Assembly: GCA_038087875.1 (NCBI GenBank) | Contig: CM075977.1 | Coordinates: 368,280,001-368,344,000, forward strand | Direction: 5' to 3' | From: Malacoraja senta | Taxonomy: Eukaryota | Length of the DNA stretch: 64,000 nt | Shown: one piece after another, positions 1 through 11,096 of the stretch | How positions within the stretch are numbered: position 1 is the stretch's first letter | Layout: each line of letters begins with the position of its first letter | Position numbers and translations under genes: made by a program | The notes under the pieces: model-generated | Told to the model about the DNA's origin: nothing | Databases searched by the model: none | Seen by the model: the letters and a program-made list of their open reading frames with translations, nothing else

Positions 1-327
1 GGGCTTACGGCACGAAGTGGCCATGGCACGGGAGATAAAAAACCAAAATAGGAAAACGGTTCAAAAGAAAGAAAACCCGATAAACAGGAGACGCATAGGT
101 ACGAGGCTGACACCATGTAAAGATGAGTCATAACGCACTGCTTCTTTACTACTCTTTATTCATACTACACATTATACACATACGTTTCTGCCCTAGCTGT
201 CCGTGGTCTGTCACTGGAACCAGAGAGAGAGAACTGGGTGGGAAGTTTGTAATTATACTGGTGATGTGGGGAGTGGTTAGTAGTGGTGAGGTCACTATGT
301 TAAAGGTACATGCACATATCATCTACA
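1..327 (-). mobile_element. 5' end of a Gypsy-like LTR retrotransposon (LTR 116-327, PBS 105-115, putative gag start at 24) continuing off the left edge
   Basis: On the - strand, a 212-bp TGTAGATGA...TCATCTTTACA segment with AATAAA is followed directly by TGGTGTCAG (PBS-like). Then GCCATGG opens MATSCRKP. It sits in a SINE whose 3' part resumes at 328. Confidence 0.7.
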
Positions 328-728
328 GTGTGTAGGGTTGAATTAGTGTACAGGGTGATCTTTGGTCATCGTGGACTCGGTGAACGAAGGTCCTATTTCC
401 ACGCTATCACTGCACTAAAAAAACTAAACTATTGATGAAGTTATCTGGTTGATAGATTGATGAGGGAATTTGGAAAGAAAGCATGAACAAATTTTTGGAG
501 ATACATCGTGGAAACAGGCCCTTCCCACTGAGACTGTGCTGACCAACAATTAATGACCAAAAATGACACAAAAGCTACAAAATGTAGAGCTGTTGAAGTG
601 TCCTCTCCAGTTTAGATATCTTAATAAGCAAAGCAGTTTTTTTTCAAAGCATGTATTGCAAGCATTTGCAATTCAGTTTCTGCAGCTGTTGTTTGTGCTG
701 TAACAAGGCAAATCATTTTATGTTTCAG

Positions 729-874
729 TGGTGCTTCAATGGTGAGTGTGTAGCAGTTGGCAACCGTCCAGAAGCCGTGGATGGAAGATGGAGCACCTGG
801 AACTCCTGGTGGCATTGCACGCGCTCATGTGGAGTAGGGGTTCAAGCATCCGAGAGACACTGCAACAATCCTGT
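729..874 (+). CDS. ADAMTS12: ADAMTS12-like internal exon (end of disintegrin-like domain, start of TSR1)
   Basis: tttcag| acceptor and |gtgagt donor; 146 bp, phase 0 to 2. Encodes WCFNGECVAVGNRPEAVDGRWSTWNSWWHCTRSCGVGVQASERHCNNP, with TSR motifs WxxWxxW and CxxSCG. Confidence 0.9.
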
Positions 875-1889
875 GTGAGTATGCAGGCTAATCGGGACCA
901 AAGGATCATGTTGAAGAGCTTGCAGATGTTCGCATAACTGCAAATTTAACACTGCTATTCAAGAAGAGAGGGAGATAGAAAGCAAATAATTATTTGTCAA
1001 TTAGTCCAACATCTATCATTGGGAAAATGCTGAAATCCATTACCGAGGAGGTAATAGCAGGATATTTTAAACAAAAAAATACCCAATGTCTTGTTGAATT
1101 CCACAGTGTTACCAACATCTGGCTATGAAATTCCTTCTGTTCTCCATTCTGAAGGTACTGTAGATCTTTTTATTCTGATGCTGTGCCCTCTGGCTCTCGT
1201 CTCTCCTATTACTGGAAACATCCTTTCTATGTCTCCTCTATCTTTCCACCAACAATGTACAGAACCCAAATCTGATTTGTTCAGCAGCGATTACATTTTT
1301 AAAGAAGATCCAGAAACATGAATTTGCCACCTCATTGACAATTTAAGAGGCTTTTATTTTCCAGCTTAAAGAAACTACCAAGAACATCAGAGCATTGTTG
1401 GCAGTTTGGTATTTCAGGCATTCTTGGATACAAGTGAAACTGATCATTATTTCTCCCACTGGTCAATATTTTTCTACTCCAAAAGATGAAGCGTTGCATA
1501 TTAATGGATGAACAATTAAAGACAATTTGTAGCATTTCCAACAAACCAATGAAACGCTTAAAAACAGCAGCTGCTGGAAATATGAAACAACAGAAACTGC
1601 AGAAAATATTCAGCAGGCCAGGCACCAGCTTGGCAAAGAGAAACAGAGTTATTATTCCAGGATAATGATATTTCATCAGAACCTTTTTGATGAAAAGTCA
1701 TCAACTTTATAATAAACGGTTGTCTTGAACTTTAACTGAACCTTTAATGGCATGCTAAAAGATCATTGCATGACTATTTTGGCCGTGGGCTTACTACAAC
1801 AGAGTTCAGCAGGACCTGAGTCCCCAGCCATTCAGCATTGCTTCTTTCCTATGAGTCCATGCAAATCAGCAAGTGTTTAGTTTAGTTCA

Positions 1890-2560
1890 TAAGGTCATAA
1901 GATCATACGAGATGGGAGTAGAATTAGGCTATTCGGCTGATCACGTCTATTCCGCCATTCAATCATGGCTGATCTATCTCTCTCTCCTATCCACATTCTC
2001 CTGCCTTCTCCCCATAACCTTTGACACCTGTACTAATCAAGAATCTATCTATCTCTGCCTTAAAAATATCCACTGACTTGGCCTCCACAGTCTTCTGTGG
2101 CAAAGAATTCCATAAATTCACCACCCTCTGACTAAGGAAATGTCTCCTCATCTCCTTCCTAAAAGAACGGCCTATAATTCTGAGGCTGACCTCTGCTCCT
2201 CAACTCTCACACTAGTGGAAACATCCTCTCTACATCCACTCTATCCTAGCTTTTCACTATTCTGTATGTTTCAATGTGGTCCCCCCTCATTCTTCTAAAC
2301 TCCAGCGAGTACAGGCCCAGTGTCAACAAATGCTCACCATAGGTTAACGTACTCATTCCTGGAATAATTCTTGTAAATCTCCTCTCGACCCTCTCCAGAG
2401 CCAGCACATCCTTCCTCAGATATGGTGCCCAAAATTGCTCACAATATTCCAAATATGGCCTTACCAGTGCCTTATAGAGCCTCAGCAATACATTCCTGTT
2501 TTTGTATACAAGCCCTGTTGAAATAAATGCAAGCATTGAGCTTGCTTTCTTTACTACCGA
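1890..2560 (-). mobile_element. CR1/HER1-type LINE 3' fragment
   Basis: ORF 2246-2536 reads LYKALVRPYLEYCEQFWAPYLRKD...LYSLEFRRMRGD, followed by the CR1 3' UTR. Confidence 0.85.
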
Positions 2561-2561
2561 T

Positions 2562-3675
2562 TTTTAGAGATACAGCATGGAAACAGAACCTTCGGCCCAC
2601 CGGGTCCACACCGACCAGCGATCCCTGCACATTAACATTATCATAACCACACTAGGGACAATTCACATTTACACCAAGCCAAAAAGTCAGTGCGGCGGCG
2701 CGGATTACTGCAGCGGCCCCTACAGCCCGTCTGTCTTTTTTTTAATTTTTGTCTAGTTAAATGTAGTTGTTTGTGGTTTTTTTTGTACTGTTTTAATTGT
2801 GTATATGTGGGGGGCGGGGGGGGGGGGAGGGGGAAACTTTAAAAATCTCTTCCCTGCACGGGAGACCCGACCTTTTCCCTGTCGGGTCTCCGTTGTCATT
2901 GGGGCCTAGCTCCGTGGAGCGGCCTCCGACCGGGACGACCTGGGGTCTCCAGTCGCGGAGCCTGTGGAGCTGCGGACTCACCATCGTGGGGCTGGCCGGC
3001 CTCGGAGCGCGGGGAGCGGTGGTGGCTCGTTGCTGCGGCCCGACTCCGGAGCTCCAGCTGCAGACCTGTGGACTATGATATCGGGAGTTCGCGGGTCCGG
3101 GTGAGAGACCGCTTTCCGGAGCTCCCGCAACGCAACTTCTCCAGCTCGAGTCGCGGGGTTGGAACGACCGGAGCGGGGCCGTAAATCCAGCGCCCGCCGG
3201 GGGCTCCAACTTTGTGGCTTTTGGGCCCGGAGCGAGGCTGTATACCGCCCGGCGCGGCCTCAACGGCCGTGGGACTTAACATTGCCCGCCTGGGGCTTCA
3301 ACATCGGGAGAAAAATGGGGCAGGGGAGAGAAAAGACTTTGCCTTCCATCACAGTGAGGAGGAGATTCACTGTGATGGATGTTTTTCTGTAAATTGAATT
3401 GTTTGTGTGTCTTGTAGGAATTGTTTTGTTTGTATGGCTGTGGAAACAGAGTTTCGTTTGAGCCTCTTTGAGGTTCAAATGACAAGAAATAAATCAAATC
3501 AAATCAAATCAAATTAACCTACAAACCTGTGGGAGGAAACCAAAAATCTCAGAGGAAAACACATGCAATCACGGGGAGAACGTACAAACTCTGGACAGAC
3601 AGCACCCGTAGTTGGGATCGAACACGGGTCTCTGGCACTGTAAGGCAGCAACTCTACCACTGCGCAACTGTGCCG
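2562..3675 (-). mobile_element. HE1-like tRNA-derived SINE, split by the GC-rich insertion at 2683-3511
   Basis: The SINE motif caagccaa|ttaacctacaaacc is interrupted, and a B-box-like head lies near 3615-3675. Other copies occur at ~15997-16240, 19520-19740, 21770-22073, 29830-30110, 37313-37622 and 43770-44080. Confidence 0.75.
2683..3511 (+). mobile_element. GC-rich non-coding retroposon with Rex1-like 3' end, copy 1
   Basis: Near-identical to 34454-35193. Ends in a hairpin, then ATGACAAGAAATAAA and an (AAATC)n tail. Confidence 0.7.
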
Positions 3676-3729
3676 CTCTGGAAGTGCCTGGAAGAATTTC
3701 TGTGGGTAGCCATTTTTAGTTGTATTGTA

Positions 3730-4660
3730 TCAAACTTTCTCCAACTTATCCTTATAGCTAATACTTTCAAGCCAGGTAACAGTGTGGTGAATCTCATCTG
3801 CACCCACTCCATTCTGCAAAGCCTCCTTCCTGCATTGCAGTGACCAGTACTGCACACAATACCCCAATGAATAATAAATGTGGCCGGACCAAAATGTTAT
3901 ATAGCTACAATGTGTCTTCAAACATTTTATTCTCAACACCCCAACTGATGATGCCAAGCATGCTGTATGCTTTCTTCACCACCCTACCTACTTGTAATGC
4001 CATTTTCAGGGAGCTATGAGCTTGCACCTCGAGTTCTTTCATACATCGATGCTCGTAAGGGTCCTGCCATTAATTGGATGCTTTCCTCTTACATTTGACC
4101 TCCCAAAATGCAAATCCTCACACTTGTCTGGCTCAAAATCCATCTGTCAATACTCTGTCTGCATTTCCAACTGGTCTAAAACCTGCAAAATCTTTTGACA
4201 GTCTTCTTCATTATCCAATCCTCACAAATGTTTCTATTATCTGCAAACCTATTGAACAGCCCTCCTATATTATTTTTCTAAAAATTAATATATATTGCAA
4301 GCAACAAATGTCTCGGCATTGACCCTCGCAGAACACCACTGATTTTAATCCTCCAGAAAGAATAACACCACATCATCATTACCCATGGTCTTCTATGGTT
4401 CGAGACACTTTTTAATCCATGGAACACCAATTCTCCATGGATCCCATGTCTTGTCGAAAGCTTTACAAGTCCATGTGTACATATCCACTGCCCCACCCTC
4501 ATCAACCATCTTTGTTACCTCCTCAGTTATGTTTGCAAAACATGATCTCCCCTACACAAAGCCATGCTGGTTATGCCTAATGAGACTCTTTTTCCAGATA
4601 GGAGTGGATCCTGTCCCTGAGAAACATCTCCATTAATGTCTTGACCACTGATATAAGGCC
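3730..4660 (-). mobile_element. Old degraded CR1 ORF2 fragment
   Basis: Residual CR1 RT-like peptides (LGYCVQYWS) with many stops. Confidence 0.6.
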
Positions 4661-5074
4661 TGATATATAACAACAATAAATCCATATTTCTTCCTATCAT
4701 CCTTCTTTTCCACATCTATCTTCCTTACTGTCCTGTTCTTCTGACCTGTTTCATCATCTAATTTTTTTGATATCCACTTTCACAGTCTGTCACACAACGA
4801 GGAAAGGTTTTAATTTTGTGTCGGAAGGAACTGCAGACGTTGGTTTACACCGAAGATAAACACCAAATGCTGAAGTAAATTAGCGGGTCAGGCAGCATCT
4901 GTGCAGCAAAGGAATAGATGACGTTTCGGGTCGAGACACCACCTCAGAATGAATTTTGATTTTGTTTCATTTAATCTGTACATTTCAGAAAGCACTTCGT
5001 GACCTTAATGTACCAAGGCACACAATCTTTTACTTGCAGCTATTGAGAGTGTTCTTTTTTAAAATCTTATTCAG

Positions 5075-5244
5075 CCCAAAGTTTGGTGGAAAGTACTGCA
5101 CTGGAAAACGCAAACGATATCGCATCTGCAATGTCACACCATGTCGACAGGAGAGACCCACATTTCGTCAGATGCAGTGCAGCGAGTTTAACACAGTTCT
5201 TTACAAAAATGAACTCTACTCCTGGATTCCAGTTCATCACGTTG
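5075..5244 (+). CDS. ADAMTS12: ADAMTS12-like internal exon (end of TSR1, start of cysteine-rich domain)
   Basis: ttattcag| acceptor and |gtacat donor; 170 bp, phase 2 to 1. Encodes (V)[56 protein letters not shown], very close to ADAMTS12 as I recall it. Confidence 0.92.
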
Positions 5245-6758
5245 GTACATATTTTATTTATATTATATATGAGTCTGATGTATCTCAATCTTGTCGCCGT
5301 GTTTTGTATAGCTGAACACAGAATGGGAGCATTGCCACGACGGTGTAGCATTAACACCGACAGATACCCATAGAGTGCACTTGAATTATCTTCACATGAA
5401 TCTGAGGGGTAACTGGAAAAAGGTTCTGACTATCTACCCTATCTATGCCTCGCATAATTTTATATAGAATACAACATTGAATACAACATTGAAAAGTAGA
5501 GCACAGGTACCAGACCCTTCGGCTTACTATGACTGTGCCAAATACGATGCCAAGCAAAACTAATCTCCCCCCCCTGCACAAGATCCACACTCCTCCATTC
5601 CATGCACATCTATGTGCCCATCTAAAAGCCTCTTAAATGCAACTATCGTATCTGCCGCCACCACCATCCACGGCAGCGCATTCTAGGCACCAACCAAGTT
5701 CTGTGTAAAAAAACCTGCCCTGCAAATCTCTGACCTAAATATTTGCACTAAGTAGGTCCCAGTCAATATTGGGGATGTTCTAGTCACCCACTATGAGAAC
5801 CCTGTTGCTTTTGTATCTTTGGGTAATCTGTCTAAATATTTGTAGGAAAGAACTGCAGATGCTGGTTTAAATCGAAGATAGACACAAAATGCTGGAGTAA
5901 CTCAGCGGCACAGGTAGCATCTCTGGAGAGAAGGAATGGGTGATGTTTCGGGTCGAGATCCTTCTTCAGACCGATGTCAGGGAAGTGGGCGGTACAGAAA
6001 TAAAATGTAGTCGGAGACAGTAAGACTGGTCAGAGAACTGGGAAGGGGGGGGGGGGGGGATGGAGAGAGAGAGGGAAAGCAAGGGCTACTTGAAGTTAGA
6101 GAAGTCTAAATATCTGTTCCTCAATCTCCTGCTTGCTGCTGTGGCACCTATAGTACACTCCCATTACATTGATTGCACCTTTCTTATTTTTGAGCTATAT
6201 CCATATAGCCTTTATGGATGCACCCTCCAGTATGTCTTCTCAGATGCTGCCATGACATTCTGCCTAATTAGCAGGGCAACTCATCTGCCTCTTATTTACT
6301 TCCCTATCTATACCATCTGAAACACCAAAACCCTGGAATGTTGAACTGCCAGTCGTGTCTGTCTTGCAACCAAGTGCAACATCGCAGTCCCAAGCTCTGA
6401 TACAGTCTCTCGGTTCATCTGCTTTACCCACGATACTCCTTGTGTTGAAATAAACACATCAGCCCATCAGCTTTACCATATTCCTTAACCTCTCCCTGCC
6501 TGACATTCCTTTGAGAATTATTGGTCTTAACCTCTATCTTCACAACAGGCCTTCCATTTGTTGACTTTCAACTCTGGTTCCTACTCCCCCGCCACTCTTG
6601 TTTAAACCCTCCTAAGTGGAACTAACAAATTTCCTTGCAAGAATATTGGTCCTCCTCCAGTTCAGATGCAACCCGTCCTTGGCGTAGAGATCACCTCTGC
6701 CCCAGAAGAGATACTAATTGTCTAAAAATCTGATAGTCTTACCCCTGCACCAAATCCT

Positions 6759-6891
6759 TCTTCTTCTTGGCATGCACAGCCTAAAGTTGTAGGACAACTT
6801 GTTCTATTTGGTCTTACTTGATTGTGCACGCCAGGTTGATTGCATTCGTCGAAACAGGGCGGACCACGTGAAGGTTGCAATCTCCCACCCC
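6759..6891 (-). mobile_element. 133-nt ribozyme-headed SINE-like retroposon
   Basis: Perfect 12-bp TSD gcaccaaatcct (6747-6758 and 6892-6903), an (AAG)n 3' tail, and a 5' end that coincides with G1 of an HDV-like fold. Confidence 0.85.
6838..6891 (-). ncRNA. Minimal HDV/CPEB3-like self-cleaving ribozyme (54 nt, predicted)
   Basis: Sequence GGGGUGG-GA-GAUUGCA-ACC-UUCACGU-GGU-CCGCCCU-GU-UUCGA-CGAA-UGCAAUC. P1 is 7 bp with a G1.U wobble, P2 is 7 bp perfect, P3 is 3 bp, L3 is UUCACGU, and J4/2 is CGAA (catalytic C equivalent at 6848). Confidence 0.85.
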
Positions 6892-7514
6892 GCACCAAAT
6901 CCTGAGCCATGGCTTCATTAGTCCTACCTTCCTAATACTACATACACTCATGCACGCACCGGGAATAATCTGGAGATTACTACCTTTCAAGTTCTGCTTT
7001 TTAACCTGTTGCCTAACTCGTACAATCACTCATCAGGACCTCATCCTACCTGTACCAACATAATGTGTACCAACATGCACAATGACTTCTGGTTGCTTCA
7101 CCTACCCCTTGAGAATGTTCTGCAGCCGCTCTGAAACATCCTGGATCCAGGCACCAGAGAGAGCAACACACTATTCTAGAGTATACTTCTATCAGGTCTC
7201 TCCTCAGCCTCTGACATTGTAGGGAAAACAATCCAAGTTTGTCCAACCTCTCCTTGAATCTAATACCTTCTAATCCAGGCACTTCTAGTCACTAACAAAT
7301 ACATTTATTGCTATTTCGGAAGTTACTTCTGCTACACTTAAGATTTTTTATTTCTCCTCCTTCTCTAAAACCCATCTCTGATTAATATCCTAATCACATC
7401 TACAATGACCATGTTTAGGACGGCTTCATTATTTTTATGTTTCTATATGGCGATGTTGGGAAACTTCTCAGTGTAATGGTTTTACATAGTAAAAATAGCT
7501 GCTATCATTTTCAG

Positions 7515-7680
7515 ATGAACAAAAATGCTGGAGTAACTCAGCGGGTCAGGCAGCATCTCTGGAGATAAAGAATAGGTGACATTTTGGGTTGGAATCCAGC
7601 AATGCTGCCTGACCCGCTGAGTTACTCCAGCGTGTTGCGTCTGTGGTCGGTATAAATCATCATCTGCAGTTCCTTCCTAC
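7515..7680. repeat. Palindromic Penelope pLTR-derived mini element
   Basis: gctggagtaactcagcgggtcaggcagcat is followed by its reverse complement. Similar palindromes occur at ~34085-34285, 35750-35900, 44920-45082 and 49862-49918. Confidence 0.7.
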
Positions 7681-10389
7681 CCTTATAATTTGCATCTCAC
7701 TTCAGCATCTGCTTTACCATGTTTCTCTCTTTTATTAATTTTGTACTGACTTGTTAAAATTTGATTTTTGAGAACACAAACCCATTATTTTTGAACACAG
7801 AGAAAAGAGTGTTAATGGCTGACGTGATTGTTATTGCATCTAATTCACTCAAGTACATCATCCAACTCTGGAGAGATGTTCAAACATAAATGTTGCACAA
7901 TGATTCTTTCCATGCTCTCCATTATATTTCAACAATGCAATCTGTTGAAAATTAGTTTGGCTTGCTTCCAGAGTCAGTTACAAGGATATTTGTGTTCTCC
8001 ATATAGATATATATTTTGTTTTAGTCTGCACGGACCAACGTGCACTTGAGGAAAGTGTGCAGCGTGTTAATGAGTGTGCTGAGCTACCTGACACACATGA
8101 ATTTTGAAATGCATTTCCTTTGGCATTATCCCCATCAGGTCTTTTGTTAACAGGGTGAACTCAGAGATCTCAATCCTGTCATGCATCAAAGAATGTGAAG
8201 GAAGTCCTTCAGTACAAATGTGTTTTGCACTTTGAGTTTATAAATATATTCAGGAGCTCAATTACAGTTCTAGTGACAAGCATACCTAACACAAGTGCAT
8301 TGAAGCTACTTGGACTTCAGAATTTAATTTGCCAGAACAACCCTCATGGGAAAAGAAGTTGATAGCGAAAGTCACCAGCGTAGGTTGGAAATATTGGCAG
8401 ATTTTGTTCTAACTTAAAATCTAAAACCTCATTGTTAAGAGAAAGGCTTTTGCAAACATCTCCAATCGTGAGTCATTTGACGACACTTTGAAGTGAAAAA
8501 TTATGAACAAGCTGTATCTACAGCCAATTTAAAATTAGCTTTGGGATTTGGAGGATGAAAGTTTCTTCAGAACAGAACTGACTTTTAAAATTATCAAAAA
8601 CTTTTATTTTCTACATGAGAAACCTATTTTTGCATTTTACCTTCTTCCCACTACTCTTCTACTGGAATTATATAGAATTTTATTCTCACTGGAGTGCAGA
8701 TGTATGAAGGGTAACTTTATAAAGGGGCATAAATAAGACTTTTTTTCCCCTCATGGATGGGGAATTTGCATTTATCTTTCTTACTACCAACTCCACTTGC
8801 AAATTAACCTTTTGGGAAACCCGCGGCAGCACTCCCAAGTCCCTTTGCACCCCATTTAGAAAATAGTCTACTCCTTTATTCCTTCAACCAAACTGCATGA
8901 CCCTACATTTTGCTACACTGTATTCCATCTGCCACTTCTTTGCCCACTCTCCCAACTGCTCCAAGTACTTCAGCAGCCTCCCTGCTTCCTCAAAATTACC
9001 TGCTCCACCACCTATCTTTGTATAATTTGCAAACTTGGCCACAAAGCCGTTGTTTCCCTAATCCAGATCATTAACATACAATGTGAAAAGTAACGGACCC
9101 AACACTGAACCATGCAAAACGCCACTAATCACCGGCTGCCAATGTGAAAGGGGCTTGCAGGCTTGAGTTATAGGGAGAGATTGAGTAGGCAGGATTTTTC
9201 TCTTTAGGAGGCTGAGTGGTGATCTTTTGGGTATACAAGATCAAGAGAGTCATGGATAAAGTTAACATGCACAGTCTTTTTCCCAGGGTGGAGATAATGT
9301 AAAACCAGAGGGCATAAGCTTGAGTTGAGAACAGATAGATTTAAGAAGGAACTCAGGGGCAACTTTTAATTTCAGACCATATCTGGAATGAGCAGCCAGC
9401 ATACATCTGTAGCAGCGGATGCAATTTCGACTTTTAAAACACATTTCGGCATATATGGATGTGAAAGGTTTTGAGGGCTATGGATTATGTGCAGACAAAT
9501 GGGGCTAGCCCAGTCAGCAAGATTGGTCAGGCTGGACAAGGTGGGCCAAAGCATCTGTTACCACCCTGTATAGCACCATGACTCCTTTACCCAGAGTAGG
9601 GAAATCAATAACCATAGGTATAAATGAGAGAGGCAACATTTAATAGGAACCTGAGAGGCAACATTTTCACTCCAAGGGTGGTTGGTACATGGGACGAGCT
9701 GCCAGAAGAGATAGTTGAGGCAGATACTAAACAACATTTAAAAAACATTTGTAGGTAGATGGACAGGAAAGTTTGGTGGGACGTGGGCCAAACATGTGTT
9801 AATGCGATTAGTCCAGATGGGACATCTTGGTCAGCATGGACGAGTGGGGCTAAAGAGCCTATTTCCATGCTGTATGACTCTGTGACTCCACGACCTTAAT
9901 ACAGTACGTGCATTTGGATACCAGTTTTGATAACTCATGCCATTCTATCAAAAGACATCTAATTGTCTTTGGATTATTGTAAAACATCCCATAAATCATA
10001 CAGATGGTTTTTTTTCAGGCTGATATTTATGGTATATGATTCTACAGAAGATGTCTGTTCTTTGCTGCCCACATTTTATGTGTTAGCATATACAGTAAAT
10101 AATAGTGGCAACTAAATTTGTTTTGTTTGTATCTTGAAGATTACTTTTATTGATTACCAAAAGTAATACATAACCAAAGCAACAGAGGTACAGTTGTTTT
10201 TCCATTGCTACGACAATGAAGTTGGCAGTTTTGGTATTAGAGGTTATAAAATTAAATTAGGATTACTAAAATAATTTCTGTCACAGCTATAAGATTAAGA
10301 ATCATCAACTACCATGGAGTCAAATCAGACAAAATAATTATGATTATAATTGTTTTAAACTTTCATTAATAATTTTGTAATTTGTTTAA

Positions 10390-10760
10390 CCCCTTCCAAC
10401 AGGGAACCTTTACAATGGCACCATGGGGTTCTGCTGTTCTTCTCCCTCTTACAATCACACTACTTCTACTGACCCCCTCCTCCCACCCGTACACCCTTCT
10501 CACACCCCTTACATCCTCCTCCTCTCCGAACTCTCCTCATCACCCCACAGTCCCTTACTCAAGCTTCCCTCCACCCTACTGATCGCAGCCCACACCCCTG
10601 TCATGTTTTCACCATCCCCAACTGACCACCCTATATCCAGTTCAGAACGGTAGGTTCTCAAACCAGGCCTTACCTTTTTACCCCAATACTCCACCTCAAT
10701 GAATTCCGGGCCCGCCATGATGTGGAGCTTTTCATCTGTTGCTTCTGCCTCTTGCACACA
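10390..10760 (+). mobile_element. Degraded Penelope-like element, N-terminal ORF fragment
   Basis: Frameshifted SER*VLKPGLTFLP..HLNEFRARHDVELF resembles the N-terminal region of PLE ORFs. Confidence 0.5.
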
Positions 10761-10962
10761 TAACCTCTGCTCCAGAAAAGATTAGGCTGAGGAGACAAAC
10801 GTACAGAGTAAAATAATTGAATATTGTTGGACGTTAGAAGGAATAGCACAAAAGGGACACAAACAACTCCAGTAAATTACTTTCTACTTCATATGTGTTT
10901 GCTAAAGTTCTGGTAGCAAAGTTCCAGCAGATTTATAAACAAGATCTTTTTCACTTTTTCAG

Positions 10963-11096
10963 CTAATCCCTGTGAACTACATTGTCGGCCCAATGAAGGA
11001 CAGTTCTCTGAGAAGATGCTCGATGCAGTGCTGGATGGGACATCGTGCACTGAAGCTGTAAACAGCAGGGACATCTGCATTAATGGCATATGTAAG
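10963..11096 (+). CDS. ADAMTS12: ADAMTS12-like internal exon (cysteine-rich domain)
   Basis: tttttcag| acceptor and AAG|gtatag donor; 134 bp, phase 1 to 0. Encodes (A)[44 protein letters not shown]. Confidence 0.92.

Larger units (their letters stand above)
6100..7190 (-). mobile_element. Decayed CR1 region including the end of the ORF1 esterase (SGNH-like) domain
   Basis: - strand 6605-6712 reads LFWGRGDLYAKDGLHLNWRRTNILARKF (DxxH motif of CR1 ORF1 esterase). Confidence 0.6.
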
